From NCBI GenBank assembly GCA_016839815.1, contig JAEOTM010000173.1, positions 1 through 42,227 on the forward strand: a stretch of 42,227 bases of DNA. Direction: 5' to 3'. The DNA is from Candidatus Hodarchaeota archaeon. GTDB taxonomy: Archaea > Asgardarchaeota > Heimdallarchaeia > Hodarchaeales > Hodarchaeaceae. Shown one piece after another: positions 1 through 11,800 of the stretch. Within the stretch, counting starts at the first letter, position 1; every line of letters begins with the position of its first letter. The position numbers and the translations under genes were made by a program. Under the pieces are notes generated by a model. That model was not told where the DNA came from. It searched no databases and was given only the letters and a program-made list of their open reading frames with translations.

Positions 1-392
1 TCCTTACGAATTTCGAATAAATCTCACTAATATTCTCAAACACCCGAAGAGATAACCTCATTTGGTTGCAAAGCTGATATTTAATGATCACGACATGTAA
101 GATGTTATTAATGTCATTGATCGTTGGTTAAGCGACAAAATAACAAAAACAATATTGGTAAGCAAAAAAAATCTGTTAGAAGGGACAATTAGCTTTAAAG
201 GATATTTTGGCTAAAAAACATCAAATTTCGCTAAATTACATATACTCTAATATGTAGATTTGTGAATTAACTAAAGATAAATGACATTTAGACTATATAA
301 AGCGAATGTAAAGCTTTTCTTATGTTAAACGTTGGTTATATGACAATTCTCGAAAGGTCGCGAAATTAGGCTTTGACGACATTCAGAAAAAT

Positions 393-1148
393 TCAAAATC
401 TTACTATAGGTTTTTTCCGATTTTGTTTTACTAAAATAATAAGTGTAAGTATTATTCCAAGATATCCACTATATGAAAATAGTTTACTTCGTTTATATGG
501 ATCATATTGGAACTTACCTAAGTACTCAAGTCTGTAATCTATTTGAATATCCGTATTGATCACTTTCTGGTTGAAGAAAACTAATAAACCACTTGTTCGA
601 TTTATAAAAGTTTGAGTAACGTAATAATGGGTTTCATTACTTTGTGAACTACCATTATAATCTAAAAAATCTACCCAATCGATCGCAATAGATACAGAAC
701 TACTGTTGAGAATCACATCGAAAGCTGATTCATTTTCTGTTCCTATAATCCAGGTCTCCCAATCGTGGTTTAATGAATACATTATTTTAAATGTTGTTGG
801 ATATACAGGGCCCTTAAACCAATCAATCTTAATATCTTTAATGTAGAGATCATAATATAAATGGGTTACATTTAATATATGATATCTGAGTAAATCTCCC
901 TGTTGAACATACGGTCCAGTAAGATTATAGTATTCTAATGACCTTTTAGAGAATAGGAAATCATCGTTGTCGAAATTTTCCCCGCTGATACTGAGTTTTG
1001 CTATAGTCCAAACCAACCAATCCCCGCTGTCAAACGAGTACGTGTCTACATTTGTTGTTGAGATACAATGTTGGGGAAAACATGCAGAACAGGATATAAA
1101 GAGAGTAACGATGAAAAGTATCACTACAAAGTGAATTCTCTTTTCCAT
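393..1148 (-). CDS. Hypothetical secreted/membrane-anchored protein (N-terminal hydrophobic signal, beta-rich middle, C-terminal TM + basic tail)
   Basis: 251-aa ORF; N-terminal MEKRIHFVVILFIVTLFISC; C-terminal YLGIILTLIILV followed by KQNRKK; several N-x-S/T sequons. Confidence 0.7.
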   Translation of the reverse strand: MEKRIHFVVILFIVTLFISCSACFPQHCISTTNVDTYSFDSGDWLVWTIAKLSISGENFDNDDFLFSKRSLEYYNLTGPYVQQGDLLRYHILNVTHLYYDLYIKDIKIDWFKGPVYPTTFKIMYSLNHDWETWIIGTENESAFDVILNSSSVSIAIDWVDFLDYNGSSQSNETHYYVTQTFINRTSGLLVFFNQKVINTDIQIDYRLEYLGKFQYDPYKRSKLFSYSGYLGIILTLIILVKQNRKKPIVRF

Positions 1149-1249
1149 ATCAAATGCAATCCAGAATCTTCATCATTTAATATTTTTGGATCTCATAAAT
1201 ATCCTACACATCGACAGTTTTAATTTCCGTTTACGCCCTTATTTTTTGT

Positions 1250-1285
1250 AAAAAAAGAGGAGAAAATAAAAAAATAGAAAAAGGG
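1250..1285 (-). terminator. Probable archaeal oligo-U terminator downstream of the 889-aa gene
   Basis: A-rich tract on + (aaaaaaagaggagaaaataaaaaaatagaaaaaggg), i.e. pyrimidine/T-rich on minus, just past the stop at 1296. Confidence 0.5.
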
Positions 1286-1295
1286 ACTTTTCAGT

Positions 1296-3965
1296 TTATT
1301 TAAAGCGTTTTCGAGTTAGTAACACCACTATGAGCGATCCTACTAGTATTAAGTACTCAAAAGCAGGAGAGATAGTCTTAGTTATATCTTCTGCTTCGAT
1401 AACAATTGTCATTGTATAGGTTGAAACCTGGTCTTTTGCATTAGTAACTTCGACGGTACAATCATAGTCACCTACTTTCTGCAGGGTTATTTCGATACTA
1501 CTATAGATAACGGATTTCTCTGTATCATCTGAAAGTGTCAATGTATAATTAGTACTATTCATCTCCTCATCTATAAGAGTCATACTTACATCACTAATTG
1601 GTATATCTGCACGTAAAATCTCGACCTCGACAGTAAAAGGGATTCCTAGCTCTACATATCTACGAGGAGAAACATCAACATCTAGAATTTCAGGTGCTTC
1701 AAGGACTAGAATCCGATCTCCACCGATATCTGATGAAAGACCAAATGCATTGATGACTTCGATATAAATCCAAAATTCTCCGCTTTCCTCAAAAGTATAT
1801 GAACCTGAAAAAAGCTCACCCATATCAGAGGGGCCGATTTTATCCATTAGAATTTGTACAGATCTTGTATTTGTATCTACCCACATTTTAACCTTATCTA
1901 TTCCAGCTGCATCCCAAACATCCGCAAAAACTTCAATAGTGCCTCCAACCATTACAGAAGGATAGCTAAAGCTTAACTTATTTAGAACAGGGGGATTACA
2001 GACAACTAATATAGTTCTTCCAGATGTTGATGGCCCATTTGTGTTCATTATCTCAACTTCAATCGTCCAGATCCCATCTTCATCGATGTGTAAATCATAA
2101 TGCCATACTTCCTCTTCCCCCCAGTCTTCTGAATTTAGAAAAGTGAGAGAATGAGGTGTATCGTCTAAATATGCCATAACGTTTACAGAAGTCGCATCAG
2201 CAAATCCAAACTTTCGAAATTCGACCCCAACTCCAATCCAGGCATTAGTAGAATAAACAGCTCCTGAATTAGGCCATATCGATGTGATTTCAATAAGATT
2301 TGGGGTCAAAGTGGAGAATTGTTCGTAACTATAATGACTACTGAGGATCCATTCTCTGTGCTCAATATCAAGTGACTGATAATCCCCGCCTATTTGATAT
2401 AGATGATAATGACGGATAACTAATGTATCATTAAATCCTGAATAATTCAATTGATCACAAGGAAAATCAAGAAATATTTCATTATTACCTAGTGAGAGAC
2501 CAAAATATCGAAAGCTTTTATCCATGTAAAGTTCTCCTGTGGAATTAGTTTCAAGTTCAGCAACAAGATCCAAGTCAATCCAATCCACAGTTACTTCTAC
2601 TGAGAACACAACTCGTAACACATCAAAAAAACCATCTGAATCGAAATCTACACCATAATCACCACTCATTTCAATGATTCGTGCATTCTGTGGATCAAAA
2701 TCATCATAACTATACTGATGAGAGAAGTTGATTCGATCAAATGAATATTCGAGTTCTAGATCCCCATAATCCTCTAAATATTCACTCAGATACAATTCTG
2801 AAATATAAACTTGTGATCCACTAGTTTGGGAATAGAAGAAGTGCCTATCAACTTTAAAAGAAACAGCTTGTACTCCTACATCCAGAAGAGAAAAATCCAT
2901 TTCAATATAATCGTCTTGCCATCCATTATCAGATCTAATATAACCATTTACCCTATAAATGCCCTTCTTAACAACATCAATTTCTATATCCAATTGGACA
3001 TAATTAAATGTTCCATCGGCATTTGTATCAATCCCGTAATCACTAATATTCTTAGTTAGACTAGCTCCAGGGGGAGTAAATTCTAGATAATTATAATACG
3101 TTGATTGAAAGTCGTAAAAGCAGTCAATTTGTTCCCATTCGTCCAGATCGTAAAGGAAAAAATTAAAAGTGTAATTTCGGGTCTCAAGGGTAGAGTAAAA
3201 GATTTGACTTGGAAAAGTAACTTGGATTATATGAGTTCCTGGTGTTAATTCAGGTGCATACTCATAATTCCAGTGATTTCCAGTTTCTAGGTCTAATTCT
3301 ACTTGAAGTTCTAGATCAATATTACTATCAGCCTGTACTTCGATATCTACTGCGAGAAAATCAGCTAGACCATCCTTTGGGTCGTCAGTATCAAGAAGTG
3401 AAGTGGAAAAATACCCTGTAAAATAGGCTAGAGGGGGAATAAAGTCGTCAGAATTATAGGTGCTCGTTGTATATGGATTGTACGCATAATCCCATTCTTC
3501 TATATAATCATCATTGTTATCCACTTCTTCCAAATAAATATAATTGATAGTATAGGAAGTTGTGGTGTGTTGAGACCAAATCCAAGAGCCAGGAAGAATA
3601 CATAAGAAATTATATATTCCCAAACTTGTGAAAGTCGCAGGATCACTATAAAAATGATGGTCTTGACCAGTAATAGGATTTAGGAGCCATCCAACAACTT
3701 TGTATCGACCCAGCTCATTCACAGAGAACTCAACAACTAAATGAAGCTCTTCATAGATACCATCCGAGTCGTCGTCATATGGATAACTACTATAGCTATC
3801 AGTAAAATTTGCTTTTGGTAATGCTTCTACCCTGATATGGGGCCGTTCAGAGGCATTTACTATACTACCATTAGTAACTCCTGCTTTAGATACCCCAATC
3901 ATCACAATCGATAAAATTAATAAACTCAAACATAAGTTCGAAAATATTTTCTTTTGGTTTTTCAT
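1296..3965 (-). CDS. Cell-surface glycoprotein with four acidic Dx[DN]xDG-containing beta-sandwich repeats, Ig-like stalk and PGF-CTERM-like anchor
   Basis: Signal peptide MKNQKK+hydrophobic; repeats DDDSDGIYEEL, DTDDPKDGLADFL, DTNADGTFNYV, DFDSDGFFDVL about 125 aa apart; C-terminus SPAFE-YLILVGSLIVVLL-TRKRFK. Confidence 0.8.
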   Translation of the reverse strand: MKNQKKIFSNLCLSLLILSIVMIGVSKAGVTNGSIVNASERPHIRVEALPKANFTDSYSSYPYDDDSDGIYEELHLVVEFSVNELGRYKVVGWLLNPITGQDHHFYSDPATFTSLGIYNFLCILPGSWIWSQHTTTSYTINYIYLEEVDNNDDYIEEWDYAYNPYTTSTYNSDDFIPPLAYFTGYFSTSLLDTDDPKDGLADFLAVDIEVQADSNIDLELQVELDLETGNHWNYEYAPELTPGTHIIQVTFPSQIFYSTLETRNYTFNFFLYDLDEWEQIDCFYDFQSTYYNYLEFTPPGASLTKNISDYGIDTNADGTFNYVQLDIEIDVVKKGIYRVNGYIRSDNGWQDDYIEMDFSLLDVGVQAVSFKVDRHFFYSQTSGSQVYISELYLSEYLEDYGDLELEYSFDRINFSHQYSYDDFDPQNARIIEMSGDYGVDFDSDGFFDVLRVVFSVEVTVDWIDLDLVAELETNSTGELYMDKSFRYFGLSLGNNEIFLDFPCDQLNYSGFNDTLVIRHYHLYQIGGDYQSLDIEHREWILSSHYSYEQFSTLTPNLIEITSIWPNSGAVYSTNAWIGVGVEFRKFGFADATSVNVMAYLDDTPHSLTFLNSEDWGEEEVWHYDLHIDEDGIWTIEVEIMNTNGPSTSGRTILVVCNPPVLNKLSFSYPSVMVGGTIEVFADVWDAAGIDKVKMWVDTNTRSVQILMDKIGPSDMGELFSGSYTFEESGEFWIYIEVINAFGLSSDIGGDRILVLEAPEILDVDVSPRRYVELGIPFTVEVEILRADIPISDVSMTLIDEEMNSTNYTLTLSDDTEKSVIYSSIEITLQKVGDYDCTVEVTNAKDQVSTYTMTIVIEAEDITKTISPAFEYLILVGSLIVVLLTRKRFK

Positions 3966-4077
3966 TTTTAATCCCTTAAATCATGCTATATTGCTTTATT
4001 GACTTTACTATCGATGTTTTTTAACAAAAAATATCCTCTGCTTATTCTGTCGGCAATTAATTCGTTAAATTAGATGT

Positions 4078-4096
4078 AAAAAAGAAAAGGGAGGAG
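4078..4096 (-). terminator. Possible pyrimidine-rich terminator after the 1575-aa gene
   Basis: aaaaaagaaaagggaggag on + immediately past the stop at 4101. Confidence 0.4.
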
Positions 4097-4100
4097 ATTT

Positions 4101-7100
4101 TTATCTCTCCTTGCGTTTACTCCTAAATTTCCTTTGATATCCTATACAGAATACGACTAGTAATCCAATAAATAAACTGAAACTTGGTGAGATCTTTTTC
4201 ATCTTATAGACGGTTTCTTCTTCTACTATTTCGACTTCAACTTTATCAGAAATAGTATTTCCTGATGTATCACGTAAAGTAATTTCAACCGTATAATTTC
4301 CAGCCTCCCATATACTAAATCGAATGATAACATCACCACCATCCCAAGACTCAGGCGGTAAAGCGTCTCCTTCTATTGTGATAAGATAATCTTGGGGGTG
4401 TTTCTCGTATGCTTTCCATTCAATGAATGCGTTAGGATCGGATTTCACAAATCTACAGTCATCAACATATGATATAGTGGGTGCTGTGATATCTAACACA
4501 GTTATATGTGAGGTACATGCATGAGATGAGCCAAACAGATCATACACTACTAGGGTAAATGTGTGAGCTCCAAAACTCAGATCATCAAGCGAGTAGGATA
4601 TACTATCAGTCTCCAATGCTCCGTAAACCTCAAGGATTCCGTTATGATACAGAGAGTAGTTTAATGGATTCGCTTCAAGAATTTCCCACGTAACTACTTG
4701 ACCAGTGGATCCTTCAGTTATAACAATATCTGCTGGTCGCCTTATAAGTGGAGGATTTGAGTCAGTAATTTTCACTAAGACACTTTGAGAGCCAAGATTT
4801 CCTGATTCATCTTCAATTATTAGTGTATAGTTATACACTGACAAAGAATAGTCTTCAATTTGGACAAAAACTACTGGAAAGTCATTAGATATTGAACCAC
4901 TTCGTAAAAGAGTTCCTTCCCTATATAACGAATAGGATAATGGGTGAACTTCTTCTATGAAGAATTCAAACCAGTCAGCAGTATATAATGGTTCAAATTG
5001 AATATTCTGAAGGGGATATACATAGGGCTCAATAATGTCAAGCATAGTAACTTGAAGAGATGCGTATCGTGTGTTTCCAGTGGCATCATCAAAGTAAACA
5101 TCGAATGTATGAATCCCTGGTTCAAGATTCTGAACTGGTACTGGTATTGAGCTGTTACCACGGGACCAGCTCCCCTCTATCTTCAGTTCTGCATTTTGAT
5201 AGATCGAATACACTCCGGGAGTTACATCCCAGTCAGTAACTTCCCAGTATTGCAGATCTACTTGTGAATAGTTGTGTTCAAATATAGTAAAATCACTAGG
5301 GGCATTTAGAAGCGTAGGAGGATCAATATCATTCAATGTAAATGGCCAAGGAAGATTGAGCTGGTTCCCTGCAAGATCATAGAAATAAAAGTTTAAGCTA
5401 TTCGAGCCTACCGATAATTCTAACAGATCAACGTTAAAACCGATAGGGACATTAGATTGCCAAAAACCACTTGATATTAACTGAGCACCATTAAATACTT
5501 CATACTTGTCGGGGTATGGATCTGCAACAGTAATTGAAAAGGATTCTCCATGACCTAAGAGCGCTGACCCATTAGGATATTCAATTATGTTTGAGATAAC
5601 ATTGTCGAAGGGAGTGATTTCGAGAAATCTTGAAGAAACACCATAATTGTCCCCCATGTCCTGAATAAGTAGGGTATAATTCCAACTTCCTTCTAGTAAG
5701 GTGCTTGGTCGTACTGTGCACTTTACATACCAAATTGAAGAATTGACTAAGTCTCTTTCAACAAATATGTCATCATGGGTAATTTTCGTGCCATTTCGGA
5801 GAATTGTGATATTAAACAAATAATCCTCTGTACATACCCACTCAATAATTTGATCCTCTATGAAATTTAGAGGTAATGACGATATTCCGGGTTGTGGGAT
5901 AATAATTGGATTTTTTGTGTCAGGAGGCTTGATGGAGACCCATACTTGACTGACTGCAACATTACTACTAATGTCTCTAAACAGAATTGTTACATTATGA
6001 AGCCCTACTGGTTCTGGATTTATCCCAGTGAGGGGAACATTGATGAGAGTATCATTAGTCCAAGAACCACTATCATGAAGGGTATCATTGATGTACATCT
6101 CGTACGTATTCGGATACGGATCGAAAGCAGACCATGTTGGTCCTAAGGAGAGAGAAGTCTGTGGATAAACTAGGATCTCTGAAGGATTAGGACCTGTAAT
6201 CGCAGGGGGAACATAATCAGGAGCAAGAATATCAACCTTCACATCATGGATACTTACTGCATTTGGATCATTTTCTGATTGAATTTCGATTCTGAAAATA
6301 TATGGTTGAGGTGACACAATTGATGGATCAGGGATAGATAAGTTAACGGTAAACTCCCTAACTTCATCTGGACCAACATTGAGTATTCGATCAGGATGTT
6401 CAAGATAGGTATTCCATCCACCAAGATTTATTGAATAATTGTCATATGCATTACCTGTATTATTTAGTAACACATGAAATTCTGTCTCCCAGTTGGCAAA
6501 AACTGTCGTTTCTTCTGGGAACACTTGCGATGTAACATTATAATCTTCAGCAAAGTAGAGATATATGACTTCCTTATCATAAACAAAAGGAGATCGTAAA
6601 CTCATCGCCTGTATTTCTAATCGATGGAATCCAGGATCAGGGTAAAAATCGTCTTTTGAATATTGGAATCCAAACTCTGAGGAGAAATATTGTCCAGATC
6701 CTGATTTATAAGGATCTAATTGGAAACTTTCAATCCAAGTTAGCTCTTCATGATGAGTGTGAAGAGTAGCATTCACAGTAATGGTGTCATTTAGATTACC
6801 TGTGTTTCTTCCATAGAAGCTAATTGGGAAGTATGATCCTGGCATGATCGGTTCTCCCGAATAAATGGAATCTTCAAGCTTAAACTCCAAATCTACGATT
6901 TCTGGGACAGTAAAATCAATTACTTCATTGATTGAGGGATCGGGTAAATTGTGTAGGACTCGGCCTTTACTAGTGGCAGTAATGGTAAAGGTATAAGCCC
7001 CAGGACTGAGTGATGAATGTTGAGGAGGAAAGATTATCAATGTTGCTTCTGCTTTTGTGCTAGTTGGGAAATCAGGTGAGGATGAGATTTCTGGCATTCC

Positions 7101-8828
7101 AAAAAGCTGCAGAGATTCCTTTGAAAAATATGCTTGATATTCATCTGGCAGTCCAGATATCGAGAGATCGATCGTGTCACTTTTCCCAATTTTTAAGTTC
7201 GGATTTTCAAGCGAGACGAGATATCGATCAGGACCCTGTTCCGTTACATCCATAGAAAACGCATAATTCGTATCATGATCTTCTCTAACAGATAATGTTG
7301 TGGAAATTGTTTCAAAAGAGACCATTGGTAGCATTGGTAAAGGCATGGGATCCAGATACCATGTATAGCTCCCTAACCAATCACCTAATGGTATCCAAAG
7401 CCATCCCCACCAGAAGTTTTTGGCCCCTAAGGTTATAGTAGGGTGAGCTATAGCTCTATCAAAATGATAAATCAGAGTACTCAAAGTAAAAGTTATTTCA
7501 GAAGTTGATAAAGCATCACTGACAGAGAATGGTATTTTTTGAGTCTGATTTGAACTAGTCCATGTCACTGATCTTGATGATAAGAGGGATGGAAGGACGA
7601 GTACAGTACCGGTAACCATCTTGCCATAAACATCGACATTTCCCAAGCCTATACCAAGATATATCATATCAGACAAAAACCCAGCATCTACAATGGAAAA
7701 CACATCGATTTCAGAAAAGGCAAGAGTAACCATTTCACCTCCAATGGGTGTTCTATAACTCGAGGTGGCCAGATAGGAAAATTCTGCGAGAGTCTTACTA
7801 TACAACGTATTCCAATCCCAATGCCAGTTAATGTAATCGGTAACTGTAGCAGTATAGTACCCATTTCCTCCCCAAAAACCTCCAGTGGCTACCCATTTAA
7901 GAAAACTCCACCGTGTCACAGTGTGTGTCCATGGATGACCGTGCCACCACCAATTCTCAATAGCAAACCCAATATCGATATCAATATTGATCTCAAATTC
8001 GTTTTTATTGGGAATATCAATAGGAAGAGCAGTACATCGGAGTTCATAATTATGCCCTTCAACTACATCAGCAGGATATTCAATCGTGATTTTTACGGGA
8101 AACACTATTCGGAAAATAAGAATGACTTTAGCCCATGCTCTGAATCGAAATCCTAAAAATTCATAAATTAGCTCCTTATCAATGTTTGAAAGGGTCATAT
8201 CTAACCCGAATTCAATGATTTTTGAAGTAAAATTGTACTTAGCTACACTAGCTCCACTTCCCGCAATATCAGCCTTTACAGGAATGTTAATATCCTTAAA
8301 AGCTGAGATATCAGGTACTATAGGCGTAATTTGAGGTTTACCAGTAATTATCGTCTTATCGATGAGCTTTTTCCCATCATATTCTGAAGTTTTTATATTC
8401 ATTGATTTGTGAGGTGTTTGTACATCAATAATTTCTACATCATCAATGACTTTCTTTGAATAAGAGTAACCTGGAAGGGTTTTCCATTCATCAATAATAG
8501 ATGAATATAATATCTCTTCAGAGTAAGGATACTCTGCGGATACTGGAAACGAAACTTCTCCAGGAGACCATTGATCGGATAGATAGTCAAAACTCTCATC
8601 AACCATCTGATCGGTATTAGTAAGATCCTCAAACTTCTCCTCATAATTCGCTGGTAAGTTTTTTAATCCTTGTATTGCTTGATTCCTTTCCAAGATGGGA
8701 GCTATATTCATTTGTGTTAAAACAACTGAGCTGACTATTGACACACTTAGTATAGAAACAAGCAATATACTAATAATGCGACCACTAACTTTTGCATTCT
8801 TTTGATGGTTTACTATCAATTTTTTCAT
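4101..8828 (-). CDS. Large cell-surface protein: Trp-rich beta head, NxGNxxD Ig-like (NEW3/CARDB-like) domains, seven stalk repeats, PGF-CTERM-like anchor
   Basis: N-terminal hydrophobic segment IISILLVSILSVSIVSSVVL; NTGNLNDT and NTGNAYDN motifs; repeats of D-x-x-x-P...W...D-x-x-GN; C-terminus SPSFS-LFIGLLVVFCIGY-QRKFRSKRKER; start overlaps the upstream stop (ATGA at 8825-8828). Confidence 0.8.
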   Translation of the reverse strand: MKKLIVNHQKNAKVSGRIISILLVSILSVSIVSSVVLTQMNIAPILERNQAIQGLKNLPANYEEKFEDLTNTDQMVDESFDYLSDQWSPGEVSFPVSAEYPYSEEILYSSIIDEWKTLPGYSYSKKVIDDVEIIDVQTPHKSMNIKTSEYDGKKLIDKTIITGKPQITPIVPDISAFKDINIPVKADIAGSGASVAKYNFTSKIIEFGLDMTLSNIDKELIYEFLGFRFRAWAKVILIFRIVFPVKITIEYPADVVEGHNYELRCTALPIDIPNKNEFEINIDIDIGFAIENWWWHGHPWTHTVTRWSFLKWVATGGFWGGNGYYTATVTDYINWHWDWNTLYSKTLAEFSYLATSSYRTPIGGEMVTLAFSEIDVFSIVDAGFLSDMIYLGIGLGNVDVYGKMVTGTVLVLPSLLSSRSVTWTSSNQTQKIPFSVSDALSTSEITFTLSTLIYHFDRAIAHPTITLGAKNFWWGWLWIPLGDWLGSYTWYLDPMPLPMLPMVSFETISTTLSVREDHDTNYAFSMDVTEQGPDRYLVSLENPNLKIGKSDTIDLSISGLPDEYQAYFSKESLQLFGMPEISSSPDFPTSTKAEATLIIFPPQHSSLSPGAYTFTITATSKGRVLHNLPDPSINEVIDFTVPEIVDLEFKLEDSIYSGEPIMPGSYFPISFYGRNTGNLNDTITVNATLHTHHEELTWIESFQLDPYKSGSGQYFSSEFGFQYSKDDFYPDPGFHRLEIQAMSLRSPFVYDKEVIYLYFAEDYNVTSQVFPEETTVFANWETEFHVLLNNTGNAYDNYSINLGGWNTYLEHPDRILNVGPDEVREFTVNLSIPDPSIVSPQPYIFRIEIQSENDPNAVSIHDVKVDILAPDYVPPAITGPNPSEILVYPQTSLSLGPTWSAFDPYPNTYEMYINDTLHDSGSWTNDTLINVPLTGINPEPVGLHNVTILFRDISSNVAVSQVWVSIKPPDTKNPIIIPQPGISSLPLNFIEDQIIEWVCTEDYLFNITILRNGTKITHDDIFVERDLVNSSIWYVKCTVRPSTLLEGSWNYTLLIQDMGDNYGVSSRFLEITPFDNVISNIIEYPNGSALLGHGESFSITVADPYPDKYEVFNGAQLISSGFWQSNVPIGFNVDLLELSVGSNSLNFYFYDLAGNQLNLPWPFTLNDIDPPTLLNAPSDFTIFEHNYSQVDLQYWEVTDWDVTPGVYSIYQNAELKIEGSWSRGNSSIPVPVQNLEPGIHTFDVYFDDATGNTRYASLQVTMLDIIEPYVYPLQNIQFEPLYTADWFEFFIEEVHPLSYSLYREGTLLRSGSISNDFPVVFVQIEDYSLSVYNYTLIIEDESGNLGSQSVLVKITDSNPPLIRRPADIVITEGSTGQVVTWEILEANPLNYSLYHNGILEVYGALETDSISYSLDDLSFGAHTFTLVVYDLFGSSHACTSHITVLDITAPTISYVDDCRFVKSDPNAFIEWKAYEKHPQDYLITIEGDALPPESWDGGDVIIRFSIWEAGNYTVEITLRDTSGNTISDKVEVEIVEEETVYKMKKISPSFSLFIGLLVVFCIGYQRKFRSKRKER

Positions 8829-11800
8829 TTTTTACACCTTCGACCTCTTTTTTTAAACAAAATCGGAATTAGTAGGAGACTTATAATTCCTGGGAATTCG
8901 AATCCTGGAGCTGAACTCGGTTTCAGGAGCGTTACTCGTACATCATCTTTAGCAAAATTTCCAGACATGTCATATACCGTACATTGTAGATGATATTCGA
9001 CACCCAGGTCGAGTTGTTCGATATCAAACTCAATATCTTCTCCTGACCAAGGTCCTTCACTAATAATAGAACCATTGGAAAGATCTCTTATTTCAAAATG
9101 AGATGGTGCAGCATCATCTACCTCCCAAACAAGCTTTGAATCGCTTCCTTTATAAGCGATTGTATCTGGAGGAGAAGAAATGGTCGGTGGATCAACATCC
9201 CCATCAACGGTAACTTTGACCAATCGAGAATCCCAATTACCATAGATATCCCATGCAGTCAGATTAACATAATACATACCAACAGCTAAACCATCTAGAT
9301 ATACCTTGACTTGAATATTTGTAGTAGTCCATGATTCTTCTGCAATAATAACTGAATCGAGATAAACTCTGTAACCTTGGGGATATGAATCAAACAGATA
9401 GAATGTAAGTGAGTTTCCTACAGTACCAAATGTAATAGTAATATCAGGTAGATGGTTTATTTCTGGAGGAAGGTTGTCGTATTCACTACCTTCAACGACT
9501 CTCACCACAGCTGAGCTACTTGCACTATTTCCAGCTTGATCCCAAACAGTCAGTGTATATACCCAATTCCCAAGTGGAAGGGAGGTGAAAGAATACTGGA
9601 TTAAACCGCTTTCCCAAGAATCCTGCGTATAGATCAAGGTTCCATTCCGTAGTAGAACGAAGAACTGGGGATGATCATCAATAACCTCCCAAGTAATCGT
9701 ACCTCCCATGTTTTCAAGAACCATTATATCAGCAGGCTGACTGATTGATGGAGGGGTTATATCTGGAAGCGGATGAATAATTTCCACATCTGCATTTCCA
9801 GAGGCATAGTTACCAGCAAGATCCCAAAGTTCTAAGGTAATATTCCATTTACCAACTAACAGGTTTTCAACTGAAACTGTAATATTTTCACCTCGCCACG
9901 GGTTATAGAGAATTTCTGTACCATTAACAGACACTCTATAGATATAAGGGTGATTCTCCACACAAATAAATGTTATCGTGCTACCTGGAGTATTGAGTTC
10001 AAATGTAGTAGGGTTAGGGGGAGTTATCAATGGTTCTTGAGTATCAGGAACTGCTGGATAAATACTTACCTTAACAATATCTGAAATAGAGTTACCTGCT
10101 TCATCAGATAAAGTACAATTATAGAAATATACTCCAGGAGGAGTTCCATCAAGGGAAATAACAATATCATTCCCGATCCAGGCTTGATTGTATATTAACG
10201 TTGAATTTCGGATAACAGATGCCCACCATGGTGCGCGATTATCTGATCCTATCCAGATTAGGGAATAACCTATACTTCCTTCTTCGAAAGTTAAATCAGA
10301 AGGTGAAGAAATCATTGGGGGGGTAGTATCAGGAGCGGCGGGAAGAACCGTTATCCATACTTCGTCTTTTGCCTTTAATCCATATAAATTACTTATTACA
10401 CATGTGAAATTATGATTTCCTTGCTCTATTCCTTCTAAAGACACCAGTACTAATGTAGTCCAAGTACCTTCAGCAAATATTGTCCCATTTTGATAAACGG
10501 TATAATTGGAGGGTTCAGGATCAGAGACAGACCATAGTATGGAATATCCTGAGTCACCATAATTAAACGTGAAATCATTCGGACCAGAAATACTTGGAGG
10601 ATCAGGCGAAAAAATGGAAAATGATCGTAAATCTGAACTATAGATGTTTCCTAAATAATCTGACCCAAAAACTTGAATGGTATGGCTTCCTGGAGAAGGC
10701 CATGGTATAGTATGGTTTCCATGAATAGAAATATTAACCTGTCCATCCAATGAATAGCGAAGGGAACTTAGAGGTTCAAGAGTTTCAAGGAGATTATCAC
10801 CGATATTGTAATTAGGATCCCAGCTGAATCCAAAAGCATCCCACGATGTACTGATTAAATAAGTGGGAACATCACTTGCTAAATACAGTTCATCAAGTGT
10901 AGAAAGATTATTTACAAATTCTATATTTTCTACACGACCTATTTCAGTCCCGTTTTCAAAACTTACAATATAAGTAAATTGTCCATTAATTCCCGCGGTG
11001 CAATCAAATGAAATAGAGTGATGGTACCAATTGTATGCAATAAAATTAGCAATATCTTGCCAAGCGGAGCCATCGTAATATTGAAATATCCCATTACCGC
11101 CCCCTATGAAATTAACTCGCATTTGAATCGCAGGAGTGTCATCTGTGGCCCTTAATATAAAATGATGGGTACCCGTAGTTCCATGAGGAGTATTACCTAA
11201 AACAAAGAATTCTAAGGTACCGACAGATGGTGGACTGTCAAAGATATGCACACCAGAAGTATAATGACCTCCTTGCGCATCACCAATATGGTAATAGTTA
11301 CGATGACCATAAAGAGGACCATCAAAAACAGCAGTTCCAACAAATGACCCTGATGCATGATATTCATCTAAAAATTCAATATTAAGACCAGTATCATAGT
11401 CATTCTCATTTTCAAAACTATAAGTTGCTGGATAATGTCCTTGCTTCAGGGCGATATCTGCATAACTAAGCAGTAAACCTTCATTAAGATTATCGCCAAC
11501 AGAATAACCTTCCCAGCTGAAACCAAATGCATCATACCTAATGGAGAGAGTACCAGCATTAGTGCTTGCAAAATATATTTCGTCGAGAGTATTCAAGTCA
11601 TTACGGAATTCGATATTCTCTACTCGTCCAACTTCCGTGCCATCTTCATGACTGACTGTCCAATTGAATTGTCCATTAATTCCTACCTCACAGTCAAATA
11701 AAATAGAATTGTGCAACCAAGAACCATCACTATAAATTGCAATATCTTGCCAGGAAGAGCCATCAAAATACTGCTGGTAAATTAAAGGTGCACTATATGT

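Noticed and set aside
1-61. Possible gene fragment at the left edge (minus MRLSLRVFENISEIYSKFVR..., or plus ...PYEFRINLTNILKHPKR*)
   Set aside because: Too short to choose a frame or assign a product
8825-8850. C-terminal RRCKK of the 2057-aa protein as a prenylation motif
   Set aside because: Not CaaX, CC or CxC; fits the basic tail of a PGF-CTERM signal
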